Positions 45,016 through 58,203 of a DNA stretch of 64,000 nt are shown here, piece after piece. The DNA is from the human T2T-CHM13v2.0 reference genome, Homo sapiens. Position 1 is the stretch's first letter. The number at the start of each line of letters is the position of its first letter. The stretch lies in the NCBI RefSeq assembly GCF_009914755.1, contig NC_060927.1; one strand, 5' to 3'. The position numbers were made by a program, and so were the translations under genes. Under the pieces are notes generated by a model. The model was not told the origin of the DNA. It saw only the letters and a list, made by a program, of their open reading frames with translations, and searched no databases.

Positions 45016-45596
45016 GTTAATCTATTTTTCCCCTATGTGTGCTGTATGCTACAACTAACTGCATTATCAACATTTCTTAAATGTATCCTAATTACATTTT
45101 GTAGAACACTGCAATAATTTAATAACAGAAATTATTTTAAAATGCACAGGAAAAAATATGCTTAAATAGACCATGTAGTGCTACAGAACAAATTTTAATA
45201 AATTTCAAAAGATTAACGACTATGCCATCTTACTAAATTAAACTAAAACTAGAAATGAATAAAATAAGAAAACTAAAAATATCAAAACTATTGAAATTAA
45301 ATCATATATTTCAAAATGTTTTATAGGATAAACTACCAAAATACAAATAAGAAAATATTTTGAACTAGGTGAGTATAAATGTAAAACAGCAACATTTATA
45401 GGATATAGCTAATTCAATGATCAAAAGAAAATCAATCCTTTTACATATATATCAGAAACTATGTATAGCTTTCTCTCTCTTCTTCTCTTCCGTGTTATTA
45501 CTAGAAAGGTAAAAAAAAATACAGTCATATTTTCTTTAAAAAAACCTAATGAACTCTGAGAATTTAGGGCAAGACAAGCTTAAAAAATAATATTAG

Positions 45597-46308
45597 CTCC
45601 ATTTATCTCCCCGCAATGACATGATCTCAATTTTTTTTATGACTACATAGTTTACTATGGTGTATATGTACCATATTTTCTTTATCTAGTCTATTATTGA
45701 TGGGCATTTAGGTTGATTACATGTCTTTGCTATTGTGAATAGTCCTGGAGTGAACATACACATCCATGAGTCTTATAATAAAATAATTTATATTGCTTTG
45801 GGTATGTACCTAGTAATGGGATTGCTTGGTTGAATGGTATTTTTTTCTTTAGGACTTTGAGGAATTGCCACAATTTCTTCCATAATGGCTGAACTAATTT
45901 ACACTCCCACAAACAGTGTATAAGCATCCCCTTTTCTCCACAATCTCACCAGCATCTGTTATTTTTTGACTTTTTAGTAATAGCCATTCTGACTGGTGTT
46001 AAGTGGCTATTATCCTTAGCAAACTAATACAGAGCCAGAAAACCAAATACCACATGTTCTCACTTATAAATGGGTGCTAAATGGTGAGAACACATGGACA
46101 CATAAAGCAGAACAACATACACTGGGGCCTTTTGGAGGGTGGAGGATGGAAGGAGGGAAAGTTTCAGCTAAAATAATTAATGAGTACTAAGCTTAGTACT
46201 TGGGTGATGAAATAATCTGTACAACAAACACCCATAAGATAAATTTACATATGTAACAAACCTGTATTGTACCCCTGAACTTAACAGAAAAGTAAAAATA
46301 TAAATAAT
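45597..46308 (+). mobile_element. L1PA11-13-like element with 5' inversion
   Basis: Antisense block 45597-46006, sense 3' end 46005-46308; TSD aataatattag (45586-45596 / 46309-46319). Confidence 0.88.
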
Positions 46309-49164
46309 AATAATATTAGAAACAAATTGACTACAGAAGAAAACCAAAAAATAAATTGGAGTACGTAAAAATTAAGAAATTAAAAAATCAAAACATATTC
46401 ATAAAAAATATCACATTAAGTGAGTTCTGGTTCTCAAATGGAAGGATAAAGGGAGGGTGGCTTCAATCACCCTCACAGAAAACAAAAACAAACACACAAC
46501 TTTGAGATCTATACTAGCAACAATCCAGAGCTCCAGTGTGAGGAAGAAACAGTTTCTGGGGCCATAAAGAAGTGGAAAATCTCTGAGCACGTGGTAGGGA
46601 ATTAGACTTCCACATCTGTGATGCCCCTCCGTCCTTATTGTCGGAGCACAAAGCATGTGAAAACTCTCCCACCGACTTAGTTTCTACACTGGAAAAAATA
46701 AGACTGATGTGGTCAGCCAACTGCATTACCATCTTGGTTTCACTGGTAGAAAACCAGTCTTTGCTTTAAGTCATGGGTAGCATTGTGATTGTCTGAAGGG
46801 AGAAATATTCCTAAGGACAGGCAGAGACAAATAGAGGAGGTGGGATTATCATCCTCAGCTCCAGAAACTCTGCTCCATAAAAATTTATAATGACAAAGGA
46901 GACACCAAATCAGAGTAGCTGTTTACCAGTACCACACTGTAGGAGATACATTCCCTGCATCCCCTGAGCACAAACCCCTAGCCAGCCTTCACACACTGCT
47001 GGGATAATTCCTTCATGACCTCTTCCACTTGGAACAAGCACTGCTCCACTTGCTAGAGATGAGGCAAACCTGGGCTTAAGGTGCCACTTAGAGCTGAGAA
47101 GGAGACAGAAACCTAGCAAAGAAGATTCACTAAGCAGACATATTCAACAAAAATCAAAACAAGCTAGATAGGGAAACTTGTAATAAATAATGAATCCTTC
47201 AATGCAAAGACACAGATGCATACCCACAAGAAACAACAACAAACAGGGAATCATGACCTTCCCAAATGGACAAATCAAAATCCAGTGACTGATCTTAACA
47301 AGATTTATGAGCTGCCTGAGTAATAATTCAAAATATCAATTATAAAGAAGCTCAGTGATCTCCAGTACAACACAGAAAAGCAATTCATAAATGTATCTTA
47401 TAAATTTAGCAAAGAGATTAAAATAATAAAATCAAATGAATCCTGGAACTGAGAAATAATATTTGTTGAATTTAAGAACTCTTTTGAGACCTAAATAGCA
47501 CAGTCAACCAGACAGAGGAAAGAATCTGTGAGCTCAAAGATCAGCTACTGGAATATACACAGGCAGAGGAGAAAAAAAAGAATTTAAAAAATGAAGATAT
47601 TTTACAAGATATAGAAAATTATTTCACAAGACCAAATCTAGAATTATAGGTGTTCAAGAGGGAACTGAGGAAAAACAAGAGGCAAAAAGCTTATGCAAAG
47701 AAATCATAACAGAAAACATCCCAAAGCTTAAGAAAGATATAAGTACACAGGTATAAGAAGGTCTTAGAATACCAAAGAGGTTCAACCCAAGTAATACTAA
47801 CCCAAGGCATCTAATAATGAACTCTCCAAGGTCAAAGCGAAGATCCTCAAAGCAGTGAGAGATATGAAACAAATAATGAATAAAAGGATTCCAATTCATT
47901 TAGCAGCGGAATTTTCAACAGAATCCATACAGGTTAGGAAGGAGTGAGACAACATTTTTGAAATACTCAAATAAATAAAAATGCGATACAAGTATGCTAT
48001 ATCCGGCAGTATTTTTATTCAAATATAAAAGAGAGATCTTAAAGTCTTTCCCAGACAAACAAAAGCTGAGAGAATTTACCACCACCAGACCTGTCTTGCA
48101 AGAAGTATTAAAGGCAGTTCTTTAATCTTGAAGAAAATTTCACTAATGTGCAAAAAAAAAAAAAAAAGCTATAAAACCTACTACTAAAATTAAGTACAAC
48201 AACAAACATAGAATATACTATTACTATGTTTGCGGTATGCAGTCTACTCATGACTCTAATATGAAGCCCAAAAGACAAATCTATCAAAACAACAATAGCT
48301 ACAGTAACCTGTTAGAAGTAATATGAAAATATGTAAATTGGGAAAACTGCAAATCAAAATGTTGGACAATAGAATTAAAGTGTAGAAATGTTTTCCCTCT
48401 GTTTTTATTCTTTTATTTCTGATTTAAGATAAGCTGTCATCTCGTCAAAACAACTTGTTATATCTATAAATGTTTGTTGTAAAACTTGTAACTACAGCAA
48501 AAAGAATCCTATAACAGCTTTACTAAAAATAGACAGCCACAAATTAAAACATACTATCAGAGATAATGACTTGACCACAAAGAAAAACAGTAAGAAAGGA
48601 ATAAAGAGAGAAGAAGTCTCAAACCATCAGAAAACACGCAAGAAAATGGCAGTAGGGAGTCCTTATTTATAAATAATAATACTGAATATAAATGGTCTCA
48701 ATTCTTCAACCACATGAAGTGGTTGAATGGATAAAGAAATAAGACCCAACAATATGTTGCCTTCAAGAAATCCTCTTCACCTATAAAAATATACATAGAT
48801 TGAAAGTGAAGAGTAGAAAAAGATATTTCATACAACTGGAAACCAAAGAAGAGCAGAAGTAGCTCTACTAATATCAGATAAAATTTACAACAATTACAGG
48901 CTGCAAAAAAAGCAAGAAGGGTAACTATATAATGATAAATGGATCAATTCAGCATGTTGATAAAACAATTATAAATATCTGTGCACCCAACTCTACAGCT
49001 CTCAAGTATATAAAGGAAATATTCATAAATCTAAAGGAACAGAAAAAAATGCAATACATTAATAGTAAGGGGCTTTAACACGCCACTCTTAGTAATGGAC
49101 AGATCATCCAAACAGAAAGTCAACAAAGGAATAGCAAAGTTAAACTATATGTTAACATTATTAA

Positions 49165-49200
49165 CTATATAGTATAACATATATATGTTATACTATATAG
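49165..49200. repeat. Perfect 36-bp palindrome
   Basis: ctatatagtataacatat|atatgttatactatatag. Confidence 0.95.
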
Positions 49201-50874
49201 ATTTATACTATAGTATAGTATACTGTATCTATACTATATAGATTTAATAGTTAGAGCTAACTGACCTTTACACAACATTTTACCCAACTGCTGTAGAATA
49301 CACTTTTTTTTTTTTTCAGCACATGGCCTATTCTCCAGAATAGATATTTTAGGCCATAAATTCAGTCTGTGCAAATTTTAAAAATATACATAAATAATAT
49401 CAAGCATCTTTTCTGATCACAATAGAATAAAACTGGAAACGAGGAACCTGGAAATCAGGAACAAACTAAAAATCAGGAATAAAACTAGAAATCAGGAAAA
49501 TATACAAACACATGGAGATAAATAACATGCTCCTGAATGACCAATGTCTTCATGAAGAAATTAAGAAATAGTTACACATTTCTTGAAACAAATGAAAATG
49601 GAAATACAAAACATAAAAATCTATGGGATATGGTAAGAGCAGTATTAAGAGAAAAGTTTATGGCAATAAATGCCTATATTAAAAAAGTAGAAAGTCATCA
49701 AATAAATAACTCAATGATGCACCTCAAGGAACTAGGAAAGCAGGAAAAAAAAGAAATTCAAAGTTAGTAGTAGGAAAAATTATAAAGCTCAGAGAAGAAA
49801 TAAATGAAATTGAGACTTAAAAGAATTAAAAAATACAAAAAGCCAATGAAATTAAAAGTTGGTTTCTTGAAAACATAAAATTTACAAACCTTTTGCTAAC
49901 TAAAAAGAAAATGAGATAAGAACCAAGTAAAATAAATCCAAAATAAAAAGGTGACATAAAAACTGAAATTTTGGAAATATAAAGAATCATTAGAGACCAT
50001 TATGCACAAATGTAAGCCAAAAAATTGAAATACCTAGAAGAAATGAATAAATTCTTGGACACATACAACTCATCAATATTGAAACATGAATAAACAGAAC
50101 ACCTCAACAAACCAATAATGAGTAACAAGATTGAAGGCATAATAAAAACTCTCTCATCAAAGAGAAGCCCAAGACCTAAAGAATTAGCTGTTGAATTCTA
50201 CCAAAGATTTACGAATAACTAATGACAGTCCTACTCAAACTCTTCAAAAAAGAAAAAACTAGAAGAGGAGAGAATATTTACAAACTTAATCTACAAGGCA
50301 GCATTACCCTGACACTAAAACCAGACAAAGACACAACAATAAAGGAAAACTAGAAGCCATTGTCACTGATGAATATAGAGACAAAAGTCCTTAACAAAAT
50401 TCTAGCAAACCAGATTCAATAACACATTAAAAAAGTATTTACCATGATCGAGTGAGATTCATCACAGGGATACAAGGATGATTCAACATATGCAAATTAA
50501 CAAATATGACAGATCACATTAACAGCATCAACAAAACATATGTAATTATTTGTATTGATAGCAAAAAAGCATTTTGTAAAATTCAACATCTCTTTATGAT
50601 AAAAACCCTTGTGAAACAAATATAGGAGCAACACATCTCAAAATAATATAGGCCATATATGATAACCCCATGGCTAACATCATACTGCACAGGGAAAAAT
50701 TGAAGGTCTTTCTTCTGAAGACTGGAACAAGCCAAAAATTCCCACTTTCACCTCTATTATTCAACATAAAACTGGAAGTCCTGGCCAGAGCAATTAGGCA
50801 AGAGAAAGAAATAAAGGCCATCCAGTCTGAAAGGAAGTCAGATTAGCCTTTTTCACAGACAACATGATTTTATA

Positions 50875-52085
50875 CTGCATAACTGGATAGCCATGTCCAG
50901 AAGAATGAAACTGGACCACTACCTTTCACCAAACTCAAAATATTATTCAAGAAGGATTAAAAATTTCAATGTAAGTCCTAGGAAATACACATTTGACATT
51001 GGCTGTGGCAAAGAATATATGGCTAAGTCCCCAAAAGCAATTGCAACAAAAACAAACATTGACCTAATTTTTAAGAGGGACCTGATTAAAGAGCAACTGC
51101 ACAGCAAAAGAAATGATCAACAGAGTAAACAGACAACTTAGAGAATGGAAGAAAATATTTACAAACTATGCACCCAGTAAAGGTCTTATGTCCAGAATCC
51201 ATAAGAGACTTAAACAATTCAACAAGCAAAACCCTAATAACCCAATTAAAAAATGGGCAAAGGACATGAACAGACACCTCAAGAGAAGACATGCAAGTGG
51301 CCAACAAACATATTTAAAATGCTCATCATCATTAATCATAAGAGAAATGCAAATCAAAACCACAGGGAGATGCCACCTCACACCAGTAAAAAAGTCTATT
51401 ATTAAAAATTCAAAAATAAAAAACAATATTGGTATGTTGGGAGTCTTCAGAGAAAAGGGAATGTCTATACACTTGATGGGAATGTAAATTAGTGTAACTC
51501 CTGTGGAAAGCAGTTGGAGGATTCCTCAGAGAACTTAAAGTAAAAATGCCATTTAATCCAGCAATCCCATTATTGGGTATATATCCAAAGGAAAATAAGT
51601 CTTTCTACAGAAAAGACTCATGCACTTGTATGTTCATGGCCATGCTATTCACAATAGCAAAGACATGAAATCAGTGCCTATCAATGGTGTTTGGATAAAT
51701 AAATTGTGGTACACATAAACCATGGAATACTATGTAGCCATAAGAAAAAATAAAATTATGTCATTTGCAACCATATAAATGCAGCTGGAGGACATTATTC
51801 TAAGCAAATTAATGCAGGAAAAAAAACCACATTTTCTCATTTACAAGTGGGAACAAAGCATTGAGTACACCTGGGCATAAAGATAGGATCAATAGACACT
51901 GCACCTACTATAGGGGAGAGGGAGGGAGGGGCATGGGCTGAAAAACTACCTTTTGGGTATTATGCTCACTACCTGTGTGACAGGATCATTCTTATCCCAA
52001 ATTTCAGCATCAGGCAATATTCCCACATAACACACCTGCATATGTGTGTTATGTCAAATCTAAAATAAAACTTGAAATAAAAATA
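50875..52085 (+). mobile_element. L1PA15/16-like 3' fragment nested in the L1MA
   Basis: Jump from host RT region to aactggatagccat...; own 3'UTR (gaaaaactacc...gggtattatgctcactacctg) and A tail. Confidence 0.85.
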
Positions 52086-52599
52086 AAAATTAGTACCATT
52101 CAGTTACATCAGCAAAAAATCTGAAAAAAATCAAGAAACTATTACCCTTTACAATAGTTACAAAAAATATAATACCTAGGAATCAATCTGACCAAAGAAG
52201 TGAAAGATCTATACAAGGATTACTATAGGATTCTGATGAAATAAACAGGACATATAAAAAATCAAAGATATTGTATGCTTGTGGATTGGAAGAATTAATA
52301 TTTTTAAAATGACAAAAATACCCAAACCAATTAATCGACTCAATGTAATCCTTACCAAAATACCAGTGACATTCTTCCCAGAAATAGAAAAAACATTGTT
52401 AAATCTCTATGGAATCACAAAAGACCCTAAATAGCCAAAGTCATCCTGTGCAAAACGAACAAAACTAGAGGCATAATACCAGACTTCAAAATTTACCACA
52501 AAGCTGTAGTAACTAAAATAGCACGCGAATGACATAAAAAGAGACGCATAAACCAATGGAACAGAATAGAGAACCCAGATACACTGTGTGCTTTTGTGT

Positions 52600-52766
52600 G
52601 GGTTGTTTGTTTGTTTCTTTCAGAGACTAGCTCTTGCTCTGTTACCCTTGCTGGAGTACAATAGCATGACTGTAGCTCGTGGCAGCCTTAAACTCCTGGA
52701 CTCAAGTGACCTTCCTATCTCAACTTCCCAAGTAGCTGGGACTGCAGGCATGTGCCACCACACCTC
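52600..52766 (-). mobile_element. AluJ right arm / FRAM monomer inside the L1MA
   Basis: aactcctggactcaagtgacc...gtagctgggactgcaggcatgtgccaccacacc; (GTTT)n tail. Confidence 0.85.
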
Positions 52767-53021
52767 GAGATCTCAAATATAAATCCACACATTTACTACC
52801 TACTCATCTTTGACAAAGTCACCAAGGGTATACGATGGAGCAAAGAAAGTCTTTTCAATAAACAGTGCTTGGAAAACTGTATAACTAAAAGTGGAAAAAT
52901 AAAACTGAACTTCGATCTCTCATCATACACAAAAATCAAAACAAAATACATTAAAGATTTACATATATGGCTGAAACTATGATGCTACCAGAAGAAAATG
53001 TTCCAGGATATTGGTCGACAC

Positions 53022-53087
53022 AGTGTTTTTTGTTTTTTGTTTTCTGTTTTTTTTTGTGTGTGTGTGTCCGTGTGTGTGTGTGTGTGT
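53022..53087. repeat. T-rich tract plus (TG)n microsatellite
   Basis: Seen directly. Confidence 0.9.
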
Positions 53088-54204
53088 AAGATCTCAAAAG
53101 CACAAGCAATCAAAGCAACCCTGCATAGTTTGTATTATATTAAGCTAAATAGCTAATATTAAGCACATTTTATTAAGCTAAATAGCTTCTGCACATCAAA
53201 CTAAACATTCATAAAAATAAATGACTTATTACTAGGCCTTGAGTTTGACACAAAATATTAAGTATGAAAGTCAACAAAGTGAAGAGAGAACTCACAGAAT
53301 GGGAGAAAACATTTACAAACTCTCCATTTGACAAGGGGTATATAACAAGAATATATATGGAGCTCCGACAACTCAATAGCAAAAAAGACACAATAATGTG
53401 ATCTAAAATGTGCAAAAAGTCTAACTAGATATTTCTCCAAACAAGGCAGACAAATGGTCAACAGGTATATTTAAAAATGCTCCACATCACCAATCATCAG
53501 AGAAATGCAGATTAAGACCACAATGTGAAATTATCTCACTCCAGTTAAAATGGCTATTATTAAAAAGACAAAAAATAACAGATGTTGGTGAGGATGTTGA
53601 GAAAAGAGAACTATTAGAAATCATTGGTAGGGATGTAAATTTGCAAAATCACCATGGATATTAGTATGGAGATTCCTCAAAAAATTAAAAATAGAACTAC
53701 CATATAACAGCACAATCCCATTGCTGGGTACATATTTTAAAAAAAAGAAAATCAACATATCAAGAAGTTATCTGTACTTCCATATTTATTGCAGTACTAT
53801 TTACAATAGCCAAAATGTGGAATCAAATGCTTATCAATGGATGAATGAATTGATTTAAAAAGTTGGTATATATGAAGTTAAATATTATTGAGCCATAAAA
53901 TAGAATAAACTTCTGCCATTTACAGCAATATGGATGGAATTGGAGGCCATTATGTTAAGTGATATAAGCCAAGAACAGAAAGACAAATATCTCATGTTCT
54001 CACTCATGTAGGGAAGCTTAAAAACTGGATTCATGATGATGAAGTAGCATGATGGCTGCCAGAGGCCACAAATGGAAGGGATGAAGGGGGCATAAGGGGA
54101 AAAAAGGATAAGTTTATTTATTACCACTGAATTGTGCATTTAAAAATGGTAGAGAGGGTAAATTAAAAATTAACATTAAAAAAATAAAAACACATTAAGC
54201 AAGG

Positions 54205-54830
54205 GATGTGTAAAGCTACAAATTGGAAGAATATGTGAACATTCCACATATTTGAAAAAGGGTCATAATTACAATAGTATAACTCTTATGATTTTGTAAG
54301 ACACACACATTTCATTTCATACTTAAGCAGGACTTCAAATAGATCTAATTTGCCAATAAGCATCGGAAAATTTGCTCAGCATTGTTATTCATTTTAAATT
54401 AAAAACACAGTTGTTTATACATACACCTCTACCAAAAGGGCTAAGGCTATTAAGTTTAAAACCTGTTACTGAGAGTGTGCAGTAAGTGCAATTTATTCAT
54501 TATTGGTGTAATTATAAAATTGTAAAATTAAATTGGAAAACTATTTGGTAATGTTTGATGTAGTCATCTGTATAGTCTTCCTATGACCCAGCAATTCTGC
54601 TTTTAGGTTTTTATAAGAATAATGAGTGTCTATGTTTATATAATAGCTTGTTCAAGAATGTTCAGAAAAGTTTTATTTATAATAGCCCAAATTAGAAGCA
54701 ATTCAAATGTCCACCAAAAGAGAAAAGCCACATTTTATAATATTCACACAACAGAACACTTCACAGCAATAAAATATTCTACTATTCATATGTGCAGCTA
54801 CATTATTTAATATGTAATATTTATGAAGCT
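54205..54830 (+). mobile_element. Ancient L1ME 3' fragment
   Basis: cctatgacccagcaattc; caagaatgttca; caaatgtcca. Confidence 0.65.
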
Positions 54831-55640
54831 GATATTATTATAAACATTTACGTCAATTCCTCTCTTTCCAGGGTCCAAAAAAATCATTGATAAAGTACTG
54901 AAGCTCTATTTAGAGGAAAGCCACTCTAAATATACAGTGGCATATAGGTTTTTACATATATATTTTTATTTGACATAAAAATATTTGGCTTATAGATATT
55001 TATTTGACATATAGATCTTTGACATATAGATTTTTATTGACCATGCCATAGTAATTGATAAATATATTATCCAAGTTTCAGTATATCTACTATACTTTTT
55101 TAAAACTAAAAATTCATAAAGATAAATGAGTTATTATTAAGCCTTGAGTTTGACACAAAATATTATATATGAGAGTTAAAGGCAGAAATGTCAAATCTAA
55201 GGTGTAGTATAACTTCTGAAACATATTAGAAAAAATAGTTTATAATTTTAAAAACAATATTCAGCATATAAAATATGGACTAAATAATTCAATGGAAATA
55301 AATATTTAAATATTTTGAAATGTGGTAAAAAGCAATGGTTTAAAAATGTAGTTTAGGCAAAGTTAAACTTTAAAAGAATGTGTCTAATAATTTAAAATTT
55401 TAGGACAGATGAATTACTAAGGAATACATGAGATATTAAGTCAGAAATGGCTCTAAAAGAAGTAATTTGGTGAATGATATATTCTTTAATTAAGGAAGTT
55501 GATAAACCAGTGAAAATAAACCCAAATTCTTCAATTGATTCAAAATGGCATGAGAAAACTTCACTTAAATCTCTTTCCCATTTTTCCAAAGAACTGTGTG
55601 TTTCACATCAATTTTATTATATTGATTTTAAAATGTAGGT

Positions 55641-56818
55641 ACAATACTGTGTTTCTAAAAGAAGAAATATATTCTGAGAAGTGCATCATTAGGTGATTTT
55701 GTTTTTGTGCAGACATCTTGGAGTCTAGTTACACAAACCTAGATTGTATAGCCTACTACACACCTAGGTTATATGGTATAGACCATTGCTCCTAGGCTAA
55801 TACCTGTACAGCATGTTACTGTATTGGATAGTGCAGACAATGTTAACACAATGGTATTTGTGTATCTAAACATATCTAAATATAGAAAGCGTATAATAAG
55901 ATATGATATAAAAGATAAAAGGTGGTACATCTGTATAGGGCACTTACCATGAATTAAGCTTGCCAGACTGGAAATTGCTCTGAGTCAGTGAGTGAGTGGT
56001 GAGTAAATGTGAAGGCTGAGGATACAACTGCACACTGCTGTAGACTTTATAAACACTGTACACTTAGGCTACACTAAATTTACAAACAAATAGTTTTATT
56101 TCTCCAATAATAAATTAACCCCTATTTACTGGAATTTTTTATTTTATAGACAATTTTTTAAAACTTTTTGGAATTTTGTAATAACACATAGCTTAAAACA
56201 CAAACACACTATATTGCTGTACAAAACCATTTTTATATTCTTATTTTATAATATTTTTTAATTTTTAAATTGTTCTATTTATTTATTTTTACTTTTAAAA
56301 CTTTTCAAATAAAAACCAAGACATAAATATACACATTAGCCTTGAACTACACAAGGCAAAGATCACCGATATCATTTTCATCCAACGCCACACCTTGTCC
56401 CACTTGAAGGTCTTCAGTGGCAATAGCATGCATAGGGCTGGCATCTCTTATAATAGCAATGTCTCCTTTTGGAATACCTTCTGAAAGGCCTGCCTGAGGC
56501 TGTTTTACAGTTAACTTAAAAAAATAATACGAAGAATATACTTTACAATAATGATAAAATGTAGTATAGTAAATACATAAACTGGCAACATAGTCATTTG
56601 TTATCCTTATCATATGTGCCATACTTTTATTTAATATATGACTGGCAAAACAGTAGGTTTGTTTACACCAGCATCACCACAAAAGCCTGAGTAATGTGTT
56701 GTGTTTCAATGTTATGATGGCCAAAATGTCAATAGGTGAGAATTCCAGTGGTCTTATTGGACCACTGTTGTATTTGCAGTCCTTCATTGACAAAACATTT
56801 TTATGCAGTACTTGACTG
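55641..56818 (-). mobile_element. Tigger3b-like DNA transposon
   Basis: Reverse-complement homolog of 1283-2350 (ttctgagaagtgcatcattagg...; ends cttgactg-ta). Confidence 0.88.
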
Positions 56819-57422
56819 TATATGAACTTGAAACTATAAAAAGTATATAAAACTAGATTGCAGAAACAAAAATCTGTTTAGTTTCTACACTCATCATTCA
56901 TTTTTATTTTTATTTATTTTTTGGTATGAACCAAATCAATCTATGATATTTGCTTAGGCCTGAAGGAAAGAATAAAACCTTCTGGGGAACAATTGCTTAT
57001 AATCTCTTTGTCACTGTGCAGTAACACTAAATAGGGTTCTTCACGCTCCTTCTTCAGTTACACTGACACATTAAATAAAAATCTATGAACTTTATTTCTT
57101 ATGACCATTTCCAGGATGGTCTTTATGTTTTGAAAAACCATCAGATAAGAATAGTTCCCCAGATGTCTTACAAAGTGGCTATTAGCTCTTTCTGTGCAAT
57201 AAATCTCTGAAAAACAAAGGCAATGATTTTCAGGAAAACGTATTAGAAACATCCATTTCAAATAGCTTACATTTAAATCACAATTTCTGTTTCACCAAGT
57301 TGAAATTCTGTATACAAAGTACAATATCAATCATTTAGTGAGTTAAATATGTCTTTTATTAGTTAGTTAAATCCTGAACAAATTGTAAACTCAGTTTTCT
57401 CGATGTTTTTAACTCAGGTTAC

Positions 57423-57520
57423 CTCTCTATCTCTTTCTTGCTCTCTTTCTCTCCCCTCTCTCTATATGTATAGACTTACACACATATATATACATAAATA
57501 CACACAAACACACATACAGA
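57423..57520. repeat. CT/TA/CA low-complexity tract
   Basis: Seen directly. Confidence 0.8.
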
Positions 57521-57665
57521 CTCGTTTCTCATTCTTTTCTTTTTTTTAATTTAGGAAAATACAACATCCATATACCAACCAACCAACCATATTGAAAAAA
57601 TATTTATATTGACCCCAATAGTTTCAGAGTCAAAATATTACAGGCATCATTAAAAAATCTTTTGA

Positions 57666-57824
57666 GGCCAGGCATGGTTGCTCACGCCTGTTATCTCAGC
57701 ACTTTGGGAGGCTGAGACAGGAGGATCATTTGAGGCCAGGAATTCAAGGCCAGCCTAGGCAACATAAAGAAGCTCTGTCTGACCAAAAACAAACAAACAA
57801 ATAAACAAATAAACAAAAAATACC
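57666..57824 (+). mobile_element. FLAM_C / AluJ left monomer
   Basis: Single arm with ggaggatcatttgaggccagga, (AAAC)n tail, degenerate TSD ending tttga. Confidence 0.88.
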
Positions 57825-57839
57825 AAAAACCTTTGATGG

Positions 57840-58203
57840 TGTATTATTCCATTTTCACACTGCTATAAAGAATTACCCGAGACTGGGTAATTTATGAAGA
57901 AAAACGTTTTAATTGACTCACAGTTCCACATGACTGGATGGGCCTCAGGAAACTTACAATCATGGCAGAAGGCAAAGGGGAAACAAGGCACGTCTTAAAC
58001 GACACCAGGAGAGAGAGGGGTGGGGGGAAATGCCACACTTTTAAACCATCAGATCTTGTGAGAACTCACTCGCTATCATGAAAACAGCATGGGGGAAATC
58101 CACCCACACGATCCAATCACCTCCCACCAGGATCCTTCCTTGACACATGTGAATTACAATTTGAGATGATATTTGAGTGGGGACACAGAGTCAAACCATA
58201 TCA
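57840..58203 (-). mobile_element. THE1D-like solo LTR
   Basis: ggcctcaggaaacttacaatcatgg; tgccacacttttaaaccatcagatc; ends aaaccatatca. Confidence 0.9.

Larger units (their letters stand above)
46425..54190 (+). mobile_element. Near full-length ancient L1 (L1MA5A-like): 5'UTR, ORF1, ORF2, 3'UTR, all degraded, with nested insertions
   Basis: ORF1 remnants about 47200-48130; EN start about 48650; RT region about 50150-50870; 3' end tattaccactgaattgtgcatttaaaaatggta; TSD cacattaag[tg/ca]ag. Confidence 0.88.
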
